DNA of 64,000 nucleotides, taken from Mytilus trossulus. Lineage: Eukaryota. The stretch is taken from NCBI RefSeq assembly GCF_036588685.1, contig NC_086378.1:38750001-38814000 (forward strand). Reading direction: 5' to 3'. Below, in pieces: positions 50,957 through 62,880 of the stretch; the first letter of the stretch is position 1, and every line of letters starts with the position of its first letter. Below the pieces are notes generated by a model. The model was not told the origin of the DNA and ran no database searches. It saw only the letters and a list, made by a program, of their open reading frames with translations. The position numbers and the translations under genes are program-made.

Positions 50957-53024
50957 GTTAGACAAAAAGCCTGTAGTAATCATCAATTCTTCACAAACGT
51001 ACTTGGTCAGCTTCTAATTGTGATGACAACCAGTATTCGATGAGTTCTATAATCGGTTAAGTTCTCTCACTTATCACGAGCAAATAGGTCAAACACATGC
51101 AATATCACTAAACTATTCTAGAGAATATTATTTTTTTCATAAGCCCAATTTGCCATTTACTACTATGTCTGTGTAACAATAGGCCATTTGAATGATTTAA
51201 TAATATGTATTAACGGTCCCAATAATTCATTTGCAGACGCCAGATGTCAAGACAACCAGTTTGGTTTTTTAATCAACACTTATGTAAAGACAAAAGACTT
51301 GTCAGAGAAAACAAACGAGTGCTTTGTCAAAGTTAAGGAAGGTAAGAAAAAATGTTCCAAAGGTACACCAGGCATATATGATGACAACATGATATATCAA
51401 TTTTACATTTGAAAGGGCAAGGAATAATCATAAAAATTGAGAATGGAAACGTATGTCAAAGAGATTACAACAAAATCAAAGAGTAGATAATATTTTATTT
51501 GTATTTATATTTGACAAGTTTTATACAATATTGCACTAATTTGTTTCTCATAACTATCTTTTAAATTTATTAAATTAAAGAATGCAGAAGGAAAAGTGTC
51601 AACTCGATTTGTTTTAATTTTCAGGGATGGTCGTAAAGTTGAAGGTCGCTACAGACAATTCAGAAGTTGCCTTTGGGTGGTATAAGACAAACCCATGGAA
51701 TCAAAAGAAATGGGGATTCTTTCGCAAATCTACAGAGAAAATGATGTAAACATAAACATTATGAAGATATTGACCTTATTGGTTTATTTATAAATGATTA
51801 CACATTCAAGTTTTCTTCGATCATGTTTCAGTAATGATGTGGGAGTGAATCGTGTGTCGGTCTGTGTGAATGAGTGAGAGATCCTGTGTTCCAGTTAGTC
51901 TCGATGCACCAGAGTTATCGTTCTTACAGCAAACAATAACGACTCTACATATATATGCATATGGAGCGTCTGGATTATCGAGACTATGTTCCAGTGAGAG
52001 AGGGAGTGATTGTGAGAGCATGTTTGTCTATGCAAGTTGGAGCGAACATGTCTGTGTAAGTGGATCTTGCGAAAGAGTGTGTGTATTTGTGTGTGTGTGA
52101 CATGAGGGAAACGAGAGAGAATGGGTAGATGTATTGTTGTTTGTGTTGTATGACAGGTTTTAATATATTGTGAGTTTATATTAGATGATAATTAAATATT
52201 TATTTTGTGCATTGATCTTATTTATTATTTCTGAACTTGATTTACAGTTCTCCTACACATTGATTTATTTTTCTTTTCGAATAAGCTTTGTTAAAACTTG
52301 AATACTTGTTTCAAGTCAGACTTGTATATCGACTGGTAAATAAATATGTTATAAAATTAAAATTGAAAATGGAAATGATCAATGTGGCAAAGCGACAAAA
52401 ACCCTACCAAAGAGCCTAGTATAGTCCAATGCCACCAATGGGTCTTTAACACAGGAAAAAAAACAGCACCCGGAAGCGAGGCTTCAGCTAGCCCCTAAAC
52501 AAAAATGTGTACTAGTTCCATAAAAATGGACGTTTCCATTAAACTCCGAAACATATAAATGAATTTAAAAAAAACCCAACCCAACATACAATACTTACAA
52601 GGCTATAGTCTTCTGACTTGGACATATGTCAGCATAGGGCATCATAAACAAAATAATGTAAGCATTTGTGGCATAGAGCAGAAGTTTCCATTAAAAATTA
52701 CCAGAACAAGCTTAGAATCGAACCTATGATGCATGGCACTTTTCTATAAGTATTGATTTATGAGAATAAAATCACATGTTCTTCATTCAAAAAGGATTTG
52801 CAGTCAAACGCTTTTGTTCGTTCATGGCATACTGGTTGGGTGTAACATTATATAAGCCTTAATTTTGCATAGCGAGAGCAACATATATATTTAAAAGAAA
52901 AATATAATTTACAAGGTTATTTCTTAATACATCGAATTATCTAAGTGCTAGAACCAATCTGTACTAATTTGTCACTTGCTGGAAGGGTAATCTCACATTT
53001 GGCTTTATAAATATTTTGATATGA

Positions 53025-53068
53025 GCGTCACTGATGAGTCTTATGTAGACGAAACGCGCGTATGGCGT
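53025..53068 (+). ncRNA. Minimal type-I hammerhead ribozyme (GUA cleavage triplet)
   Basis: GCGTCA-CTGATGA-GTCT(TATGT)AGAC-GAA-AC(GCGC)GT-A-TGGCGT: stem I, catalytic core, stem II and a palindromic stem III. Confidence 0.75.
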
Positions 53069-53572
53069 ACTAAATTATAATCCTGGTACCTTTGATAACT
53101 ATCATTATTCTTGTTACTTTATCTATCAGTAATTATTAATATTATTTGTCTCAGATAAAACAAGAACATGATACAATGTCTTGCATAAAGTAAAACACAG
53201 CCATGCTGTATTATCATTTACTAGCTATGTTTAGTATAATTCAAATATATTAAAAGCAGTAAAATTCAATTGATACTTTATTTATACCTTATTGCGGAAA
53301 AATACACGCACAAAGTGTATAACTCCTACCATATTTCATTGTTAATTTAAATTACCAATTTGAATATTCACCACACTTAACAGGTAGTAAAGTTAAGTTT
53401 TTACCGGCCTTGATATTCTTCCTGGATACAAATCGTATCAAAACTGAAAGAAGAATCGTAAAAGCAACAGAAAGGTAGGAAAAAGTAAGTTCATACAACA
53501 AATACACTCAGTTCCATATTAAAAAAACCCACCACGGCATTGGCAGTGTTGAAGCTGGTTTAATTTAGTAAA

Positions 53573-53573
<1 letters not shown>

Positions 53574-53612
<39 letters not shown>

Positions 53613-53970
53613 CTTTATTCGAAAGCAATACAGCTTATAGAATATAAATATTACAAGTATTCAATTACATCAGTGAAATATATTTACATTTAAACAATTA
53701 GACAAATAATCATATAAGTAAGTATACCCATATAACAGTACAGCAGAGTATGATAAAACAAAACACATATTAAGCATTTATAATGATTAAATTAATTACC
53801 TGCCTTCTCGGTCAGAAATAAAAACTTCCCTAAATTGTTAAGTTCCTTTACATTACTAACAGATAGCAGTTGTATGAGTTTAAAATTAGAAGGTTTTCTC
53901 CAATAATATGGTTTGATAAATTTCTTTCGAAGTTCATTATACTTTTCACATACTAAAATAAAATGATATT
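53574..53970 (-). mobile_element. LINE 3' end with an (ATT)n tail
   Basis: Minus strand reads YHFILVCEKYNELRKKFIKPYYWRKPSNFKLIQLLS; AATAAAG followed by about 12 ATT units. Confidence 0.8.
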
Positions 53971-56900
53971 AGAAACTACAAAGTTCACAAACACAATGGG
54001 AGGGGCGTCAGGTACATGTACTATCTATTGTATATAAATTTACAATGTGAAATGAATCTTATTACCCTCACTTTGTTAAAATCCTGTAAACATATCCATG
54101 TTTGGCCCGTAGGAGGCCTACTGCAAGGTAAAATGTATGCTCTATCAAACTGACTATTTTCATGTCCATTTGCGTCTGTTTATGGGCACATACAAAGTTT
54201 CAATCGTGGTATCTATGATGAGTTTATTTATACCCAAACTTATAATAGTTTCACAGAGACCTGTAAATTACTTCATATTAAACCCAACAACATAAAATGT
54301 ACACGCATTAGTTGGTAAATACACGTGTCAAATTCAAAATTACATAGAAGGCAATCTAAGAATGGCTTAATGCGTTTACGCATACAATCTTGAATGAGTA
54401 AGACTCTTCTTTTCACAACAACGTCAGCTTTAGTGAAAAATATCAATGTTTTTATTCAAAACGGCTCAATGTTTTATTGTTAAAGAAAAATTAATTCAAT
54501 AGTACTCATAAATCGCTGTATATAATTTAATTTATCAGAATATGCTGAAAAAATTCAAATCAAATACAAATCATCGAAACTAGAAAAGCCATTTTAATAG
54601 AGTTAACAAACTCACCATAGAATCCAGGAATAAAATTTTGTCCGCCGGATCAAAAGAGTTAAAAAGAGTACGAAGTAGAAGAGCATTAAGGACCCCAAAT
54701 TGCGAAAACATTTGGCCAAATACAGCTAAGGCAAACTTTTCTTTTGATTGAAAATCATTAGCATTTCGAAAAATTCAACGTTTTGTTTACAATTAATAAA
54801 CTGTTTGCAGCCATTGAGTTGATCAATTACCATATGGTGTATGCGGTATGATTAACTTAATTATATTGCTATTTTGGAATGAGACATGTTGTCAAACATT
54901 GAACACGCAATAAAACTAAAACATGCTTACTAAATTCTTGAAGTTGTAATTTAATTATTAACATTTGTAATATGCTTTCGGTATTCTGATTCATGAACTT
55001 ATTCTCCCATAAATATCATTGAAGTATAATATGAAATTTTGGTTTACGGCCACACATTAGGATGTTCTTATACCCTTTTCGTGCCTACGAGTTATATTGG
55101 GTGACATATCAAGGATACACATTCTATCACTTGACTTTCAACTTTTTTAATTATAATTAAGTTCAGTTGTATTTTGATGCTTAAAAGTCTTGCTATTAAC
55201 ATTGCATTTTAAAAACATTTATAGTCACACTTGAAAATGCACACTGTGACTGGTTTATGTTGACATAATATTTTACAAATCATCGTAAGTTTCTGTATTG
55301 AGGACATATAATTAAGTCATGGTATGTATAAAGTAAAATAAAGAATAACGAACTCCAAGGAAAATTCAAAACGGAAAGTTCCTTAACAAATTGCAAAATC
55401 GACAGCTTAAACACATCAAACGAAAGGAAATTAACTGTCATATTCCTAACTTGGTATAGTCGTTTTCCGTTGTAGAAAATGGTGGATTAAACTGGTTTTG
55501 TAGTAAGCTAACTATGAATTGTGTGATAGTTGCATATCCATTATATTGACAAAAAAAAATGAGCATAACGAATGGACTTAATAGGTTAAAATGTCAAAAA
55601 TTGTATATATACATCAACCACAACGGAAAAAAAGAAAGTAAATAAAATTGTTAAGGGAAGATCATTCAATCAATATTAAGAAGCAGGACTGAAATTTTGG
55701 AAGTAGTCGATCATAAAAGTTCATATAGCATTGACTGAAAAGGGCGTCTTCAAATCAAGATATCCAGTCTTTGTGTAAACAGACTACATTGACCGAAATT
55801 ACATCCTTCATGTTAAAACATTTCAGGAATAAATGTTAAAACAATATAAACGTTTCAACTATAAAATTGCTCTGTGTGAAAGTGATCTGATATAATATGT
55901 CACTTGGAGATGAATTTTGTTAATACATTATTTAAATGTATAATCAAAGCAGATTGTTGAAGTCTTCAATGTGACTTTTATTTTGGTGCAAACAATTATC
56001 TACAGGATTTTACTGATTAAGGTCCAGGGTAGTCTTATAACATATAATCTCGGGGCGATATTTGTCTCTTCTATTTGTGTTCTGATAATTTTTTTCCTTG
56101 TCTTGTTATCTGTTGTGCCATATCTCATATTTGCTGTTTTTGCTCTCAATGTGTCGCCCTAAAATAGTAAACACAAAAGCACTAGTTGAACTCCTAACCA
56201 GATTTAAGGTCATATGAAACCTCAAATGAAAAAAAAGAAGATGCATATGTTTTTTTTTTTTTATAACTAAATGGATAGTTTTCATTGATAAACTTATGTT
56301 CATCTACTTCTTTCTGAAGAAAATTCGTATTTTTTTTCCACCATTAGAAGAAGTTTACGTTTTTTTAATTGCTTGCTTCAAGGAAGCAAATCGCCGACAT
56401 ATTTTCCGTATGCAAAGTGACCTTAGCGTGACCCTCTCGTATAAATCCGGTGATCGCAATACGCATGGATCTGTCATTAAAATAAACTTTGTCCTGGTTC
56501 TACATGTTAAACATGTGCTCATTATCCACGTTTATTTGTTGATTGTTTACTATAAGGTGACAATCGGTAACCTACGGGTTCAAAATACGACAAATAATTA
56601 GCTGCCATCTTTTCACAAAATAACAAAGAGAAAAAAAAATGACGATTATACGATATGTTTGCGCAAAAAATGATAAATTCGTTGCACAGAAGACTAAGTT
56701 TATGATATATATACATGCATTGGATAAACATTATTTTTCACCAGTCACTCGTTTCATATGACAAAATGTATGACTTTAATCTTCCATATTCTACAAATAC
56801 AGAAAACACCTGTACTAAATCAGGAATATGACAGTTGTTTTCCATTCGTTTGATGTGTTTGAGCTTTTGAATTTGTCATTTGATAAGGGACTTTCCTATC

Positions 56901-58230
56901 AGAATTTTCCTTGGGAGTTCGGTATATTTGTTATTTTATTTTTCATTAGTGTCAAGCGTTAAGAAACCTTCGGTGATGCCATAGGTTTATATTTTCATTG
57001 CGATAACAACGTAATTAATGAATAAATTAAGAAACAGACAAACGTTTACCTGATCTGTCCCAGCAAAAGAATGGTCATTCAATGCTGTTATGGCTTTGAT
57101 ACCTAAGGCAACTGTCGCGTGGTTTGAAGTAAGAATTGAATAATAAAACAACAATTGAGGTAATTATTTTATTCGGTCAGATGTCAAACGCACCATTTCA
57201 AGTACTTGTCGACTGAATGGACCTGATGTTTACCTCTTCTTTTCAGTTCAGTTGCATTCCCATTCTCTCGTGAAAACAAATGATAAATGTTCCCTCAAAG
57301 TTTCACACTAATATTAATTGATATCTATTTACAATGGAACTGTCTGTTTTGATTTGAGAACGCCAATTTGAGAAACTTCTGCATACATTTTTATATTTCA
57401 TTTTTCAAGGTCAACTGTTTCCAAAATTTCAAATTCTGCCACATAATTCGTGTTTTACAGAACCCGATTAGAGCTACATTGAAGAAAAAACAGGTACTTT
57501 AACGACATAAGTATGTCGTACTTAGGACATACTTATATCCTGATAACTACACATCCTATCATGGTAACCACCAGGCTACATCTTGGTAAATTTTTCCAAG
57601 AGTAATTGCCCTTCAAAAGATTTACATAATTGTCACTTTGTCATTAAAATCGCAAGAAATACCGTTTAAAATAAGAGAGAAACTGTAATCAGCATAAGTC
57701 ATCAGCAATATAAGATTAACAAAAAGGGAACGCAAAGGAAGTTTGAGAATAATAATTTTGGTTTAAATGCTTCTAAATAATAATTGTTGACCAATTACAG
57801 CATACTTAAAATATCTTTGATCACAAGGTAAAAAACTATCGACATTCATCCTGTCCCGTAATTTAAAAAAAGAATTGTCGTCCTCTTTCAATTAAATTTC
57901 AATTTTCTTTCTTTTTTCCGATTACCGGATCTGTGCTTCAAAACCGGAAGTTTTGTTTGTTCCTCGATTTAACTCGTCTCAGTTGTAATATTAACATAAT
58001 GGGTGACAGTTAAACAATGCAGGAGGAGCAGTTTCAGAGCTCATTTTGTATGATCTGTTGTTTTGTAGTTGAAGCACAAAATTTGTAATATTTCTAAAAG
58101 ATTAGGACTTATTGTTTCACGAGGAAGGGCATTTGAAAAATTTTCTTTAAAATTTTCTTGTTTTATTTCTTATTTGTACACAAAAAAGTTTATTATTTTT
58201 CTTTATTTCAGACGCAAATGTACCGGGATA

Positions 58231-59979
58231 ATGTCAACCCCTCAAACATGCTTTGAACATTCTTCAGAAGAAATCAGATTCTTTTGCGAAGAATGTCATG
58301 TCTTTGTTTGTGATGACTGTGTTTCAGGACAAGGAAAACATATAAGATGTACAAAAATTAAACTACGTGAATATGGTAATAAGAACAAAAATTGTTTGAT
58401 TGGAAGTGTTGAAGAAATTACCAGTAAAAAACTTCCACATATTAAAAGAACATTGGAACTAGCCAAAAATGTTAAAGGATCTTTTAACAAATCAATGGAT
58501 GAAAACATTGCAGATGTTCGATCAAAAACACAAATAATAAAGGCAATTCTTGATGAAATACAGAAGGAAAATATACGAGCGTTTGAAGAATCTAGACTAA
58601 AAGGAAATATGAAATTTGATGAATTTATAAATTATCATCAAAAACGATACAGTGAACTAGCACACATAACAGAAGAAATTCAACAACAGAAATCGGACAT
58701 ACTGCCATCAGATGTTGTAAAACACGACTTCGAACTGAAAAAAATTTTGAATATAGAACACGATTCGGAAACCATACCGAAACTCGAACCATCTTGTTTT
58801 GAGATAGCTCAGCAGTACTTAGAGAAAGAATTTTATCAGGATATTTTTCTGTGCAAGCATATTCAGGAGGATGAGAAAACAGAATCGTGTGCACATGGAA
58901 TGGAGAAAGAAGAACGAAGCTCTTCCCCGTATTATCTAGAACCGGTTTCACATGCAAGAGTAACTAATTCAGATTGTACGGTGATAGAAAAAATAACAAC
59001 TAAAAACTTCGAAGAAAACTCCAGTGACATTTATGTGTCAAAATCAACTGTTACAGGGACTTCAGCAATTTATAATAAAGAATTAAGCTACACCATCATT
59101 AAAAAGTTTGAATGTAAAAAGTCTATAACTTTCATTGTACCGAAGACGAATGTTTACGAGGCTTGGGTTATCGGAATGGATATCAGCGAGATAAATTTAA
59201 AACAACAAGAACCAAAATTCACCACTCTCCTTCCACACATAGATGGAGAACCAATTACAGCTGGAAAAAGTAAAAAGCATGGCTTACTTATAGGTCTTAA
59301 AAATAGGAATTCAATCAAACTACTTCAAGAGATGACTGGAACTCAAAGAAGAACTTCGGTCATGAACAAATTGGTTTCCCATATTCCTGCACATACTCCA
59401 CATTTATCAGCTATTTGTACCGTATCAACCCCAGAGAAGGACAAAGATATGGCGTTATTACTACGTGACTACCAGTTACCAGGAAGTAAAGAAAAGGGAG
59501 CAGTAATTCGATGGTTTTCTGACAAGAAATTAAAACCGAATGAGCTTAAAATTTCCAATAATATTAAAATTGAAAACCCAGTATACATGGACGAGTATAC
59601 AAACGGTAACATTTGTATTACATGTGCGCCGGACGATAAATCGTCGTGGATACAACTTCTTGACAAACAAGGAAATCACAAGATGAGGTATCCACCAAAA
59701 GATGAAAAATCGTTTGAAGATAATATTGTATATTCATTTATTGGTGCAGGATTTCTGAGAGATGGCCGCATTACAATTTTGGATCGAGTGAGCTTTCGTC
59801 AGCATCTTTTAGATGACAATGGACAGCTTATCAAAATAGATCAATACCAAAACCAACCATCATCCTTTGCTGTTGATATACACGACAATATCTGGATCGG
59901 ATTTGACGACGGAACAGTTCAAGTGATGGAATATAAGGACGCGGACGGATGGTACGAGGACGTTGAAATTAAGGGTTAA
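58231..59979 (+). CDS. RING-less TRIM-like protein (B-box, coiled coil, C-terminal NHL/beta-propeller-like region), 582 aa, single coding exon
   Basis: B-box CFEHSSEEIRFFCEECHVFVCDDCVSGQGKH, heptad-rich helical region, and propeller-like blades (PSSFAVDIHDNIWIGFDDGTVQV). A splice acceptor tttcag at 58206-58211 lies just before the ATG at 58231, so the track's 58069 start is intronic. Confidence 0.85.
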   Translation: MSTPQTCFEHSSEEIRFFCEECHVFVCDDCVSGQGKHIRCTKIKLREYGNKNKNCLIGSVEEITSKKLPHIKRTLELAKNVKGSFNKSMDENIADVRSKTQIIKAILDEIQKENIRAFEESRLKGNMKFDEFINYHQKRYSELAHITEEIQQQKSDILPSDVVKHDFELKKILNIEHDSETIPKLEPSCFEIAQQYLEKEFYQDIFLCKHIQEDEKTESCAHGMEKEERSSSPYYLEPVSHARVTNSDCTVIEKITTKNFEENSSDIYVSKSTVTGTSAIYNKELSYTIIKKFECKKSITFIVPKTNVYEAWVIGMDISEINLKQQEPKFTTLLPHIDGEPITAGKSKKHGLLIGLKNRNSIKLLQEMTGTQRRTSVMNKLVSHIPAHTPHLSAICTVSTPEKDKDMALLLRDYQLPGSKEKGAVIRWFSDKKLKPNELKISNNIKIENPVYMDEYTNGNICITCAPDDKSSWIQLLDKQGNHKMRYPPKDEKSFEDNIVYSFIGAGFLRDGRITILDRVSFRQHLLDDNGQLIKIDQYQNQPSSFAVDIHDNIWIGFDDGTVQVMEYKDADGWYEDVEIKG

Positions 59980-60542
59980 TATTTTAAAGAGATTATGGTT
60001 ACTTTTAAAACTTACATAGTTTTGATAACTTACACTGTAATTTTGATAATAAATGTATAGAAATTTATATTTTTTTCAGAATACACTTTATTTATCTAGA
60101 AAGGAAATTTATCTTATATCCAATACATTTCTATGAATATGATTAGTTAAATGCAAACCGCGTGGAGCGCGTGTATATTCCGTATAACGTTAGAAGGCGG
60201 GACTTATTTCAATACATGGTTAGTACTGGTGTTACGTCCTTTAATAAAATACAAAACGATACTGAAAAAATCTTAAAGGTTTCAACAGACGAAGGAATTG
60301 ATGAAGAAAGATTGAAATAAATTCATAAAACACATTTAAAGCTAACAAGTTGTTATTGTTGGCATTTGTTTTCGTATGACCAACGGAAGTAGTTTCTTAA
60401 TGCTAATGGTTTTGAAAACTTGCTCGCTTTGATAGGTCACCAGTCTTAATACCACATGTTAAGATAGTCGGTAAAATAAATTAGTTACATGGTGTGTTTC
60501 GCTCTCACCCTATACGGAATTCACTGACCCAATATACTATAA

Positions 60543-60830
60543 GTAATATGGTTCGCTACTGACCCCCTACGGATCCATAGAGGGTTAGTAAAATCCATAG
60601 GGGGTGAGGCCGGAGTTAACCGCATAACGAATTTATCGGACGCTGGCCTTTAATCTACTGGGTTGTGTTGAAAAATAAACAATGAAACACAACAACATTG
60701 ATAGATGACGTCACCATTAACGCGTCACGAACCCCCTATGAAACTTACTTACCCCTACGGTCTCATAGGGGGTCACCACGTGACGGCTTTTAACAAATAA
60801 CAACGTGATAATTTATCTGTGGTCCGATAA
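60543..60830. mobile_element. Second copy of family B, with most of the right hairpin arm deleted
   Basis: Aligns to 43250-43592 but lacks about 43323-43377. Confidence 0.75.
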
Positions 60831-61448
60831 ACCGTATTAGGGGGAGGTCACTAGCACGCTATGTAACGAATACTTTATATTTGAGATTAATTCTAATAAA
60901 TAGTCAGGAACACATGATTCATACTTTGTATAAAAGTTTTCGTGTTTTAACTTCTCGTCGGATCATTAACTTTCAAATTACCCCGTTTCTTGATACAGTC
61001 AACCAGCTCGCGATGTCGTTCGTAACATTTACGCTTTATAAATTTGACACATTATTTTAGAAAGATAATCCAATAAGTTAGCTTTATGCTTAATCCACTT
61101 GCAGTCACTAAAAAAATCGTTTAGTTTTAAAAGAGAAACAGTAATCATAGTTTTGCTTGAGTGATTGTTTTATTTTATTGATTAATTGTACCTTCACCAT
61201 ATAATCAGTGCTTCTTTTGTGCCTATTTATGATCAGTATTCTGTTTCATGTGTAAACACACTCATATTAGTAGTATTATATCGATTAAGATGGAAATGGT
61301 GACGGTTGATTCATGTCGAGAGCATTGACTCGCACCGAACAGGACACTTTAAAGGACCCCTAAAATGACTAGTGAAGACCATTCAAACAGGAAAACCAAC
61401 AGTTCAACTTTTACTTTATTTGGCCTTTTAAACTTTTTTTTTATTAAA

Positions 61449-61492
61449 GCGTCACTGATGAGTCTTTTGTAGACGAAACGCGCGTCTGGCGT
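61449..61492 (+). ncRNA. Minimal type-I hammerhead ribozyme (GUC triplet, cleavage predicted after 61486)
   Basis: GCGTCA-CTGATGA-GTCT(TTTGT)AGAC-GAA-AC(GCGC)GT-C-TGGCGT; all core nucleotides intact. Confidence 0.8.
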
Positions 61493-62829
61493 AAATATAA
61501 AATTTGAATCCTGGTTTCTATCTTTGATGAGTTTATATATAAATAATCGAGAAACACTTATGACCCACATCAACAAAAGACAACCACTGAACATCAGGTT
61601 CCTGACTAAGGACAGGTGCAAACAAATGCAGCGGGTTTAAACGTTTTAAAATGTACCTGAAACAAAAGTGTAATATCACACACTATAAAATATCAACTGA
61701 AATGGCTTAACTCAATCAAAAGACACATAAGGCACAAACAAGTGAACATACACTGAACGAATGAATTTGATATATGACACAATGTAAATATAAAATCAAT
61801 AAAATAAAGGGTGAGATTTTAAATAATATCAGAAAGACAACAATAACCTTGGACAAAATGCCGCCAAATAAATTAATGTACACAGGTAAATGGAATACGG
61901 AAATATTTTTTACAAAATATATAATTTTGTTGTTCATAGTATGAGAACAGAAGTGAAATTTCATAGTCATACCAAACACTTATCAAAGCTGGTATAGAAA
62001 GACGAGAATAAAATCTAGATAAGTAAACATTAAATAACAAAAAAGCATTACAAATGGTATCAACAGGCCAAATTAACACGAAAGAACGATTTAAGAGTAA
62101 TTGCAGTTACTGAAAGCTAGTCAAACATGTTAAAAGTAAAAAACAATAATAAAAAATCATGCACCAGAGAAAAAATATTTCATGTTTGCGTTCCCTGCTG
62201 TATATTTAATATTTTGGTGTTGATTGCAGATATAAAAATTGTCCAACTTTTTATTAGACATGAGACAATTTTTAAAATGCTTGAAATTCTGTAAAGGGAG
62301 ATAAATACTGTTAGGAGAACTATATATTGACGTCAAGAGGATAGTTAGTTTTTATGTGTCGTTCGATTGCGCTGTCTTTGTCATACGTGTATGCCTGAGT
62401 CCCTCTCTTTCTGTTCATACAGATTTTCGACATAAGAAAAATCAAGAATATAAAGACGATTGATTAATCCTATTGACACGCAGGTATACGATATGCTTTA
62501 CTGGCACATTTCACAGTCCAGAAGTGTTCTTTTGTTTGCCAAGATAGTTTTAAATTTAAATGAAATTCTATATGATTAGGTATTAATATGTATTCTTTAT
62601 AAATCCGCCTACAGGTTATTGGGTTTCGGAAGTACAACGAACAATTGACGTAATATATAGGTTACTTGAAATGATATGAATGTTATTTTAAGATAAAAAT
62701 ATGATGTGCACTGAACTTGAAAATCAAATATAACGGTACGTTAACAAACGTGTAGTTTCAATAAAAAATAAATTTAGAGGATGAACTCATGCACATTTGT
62801 ATCAGTCATCAGGGATAAATTACGAAAGA

Positions 62830-62880
62830 CTTTATGTAGACGAAACGCGCGTCTGGCGTACTAAATTATAATCCTGGTAC
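62830..62880 (+). repeat. 5'-truncated copy of the hammerhead-bearing repeat (no CTGATGA)
   Basis: ttatgtagacgaaacgcgcgtctggcgtactaaattataatcctggtac matches the 3' half and flank of the 53025 copy. Confidence 0.75.

Larger units (their letters stand above)
47199..51749 (+). pseudogene. Uncharacterised multi-exon gene or pseudogene with a C-terminal SH3-like segment. Exons 47199-47323, 47587-47817, 48175-48280, 49586-49712, 51237-51341, 51625-51749
   Basis: The last four exons have canonical splice sites and matching phases and end ...ECFVKVKEGMVVKLKVATDNSEVAFGWYKTNPWNQKKWGFFRKSTEKMM*. The upstream exons need frameshifts (A9 run at 47764-47772; phase clash at 47323/47587). Confidence 0.55.

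Noticed and set aside
51821-52150. Overlapping ORFs 51821-52021 and 51870-52100
   Set aside because: GT/GA-rich low-complexity sequence with no splice or domain support.
56560-56610. Possible minus-strand first exon (aagATGGCAGCT...GTAG|gtt)
   Set aside because: No compatible downstream exons were found; it may just be a YY1-like promoter motif.
58069-58230. N-terminal extension of the 636-aa ORF
   Set aside because: Non-ATG start in AT-rich sequence ending in a polypyrimidine tract and AG at 58211; this is intronic read-through.
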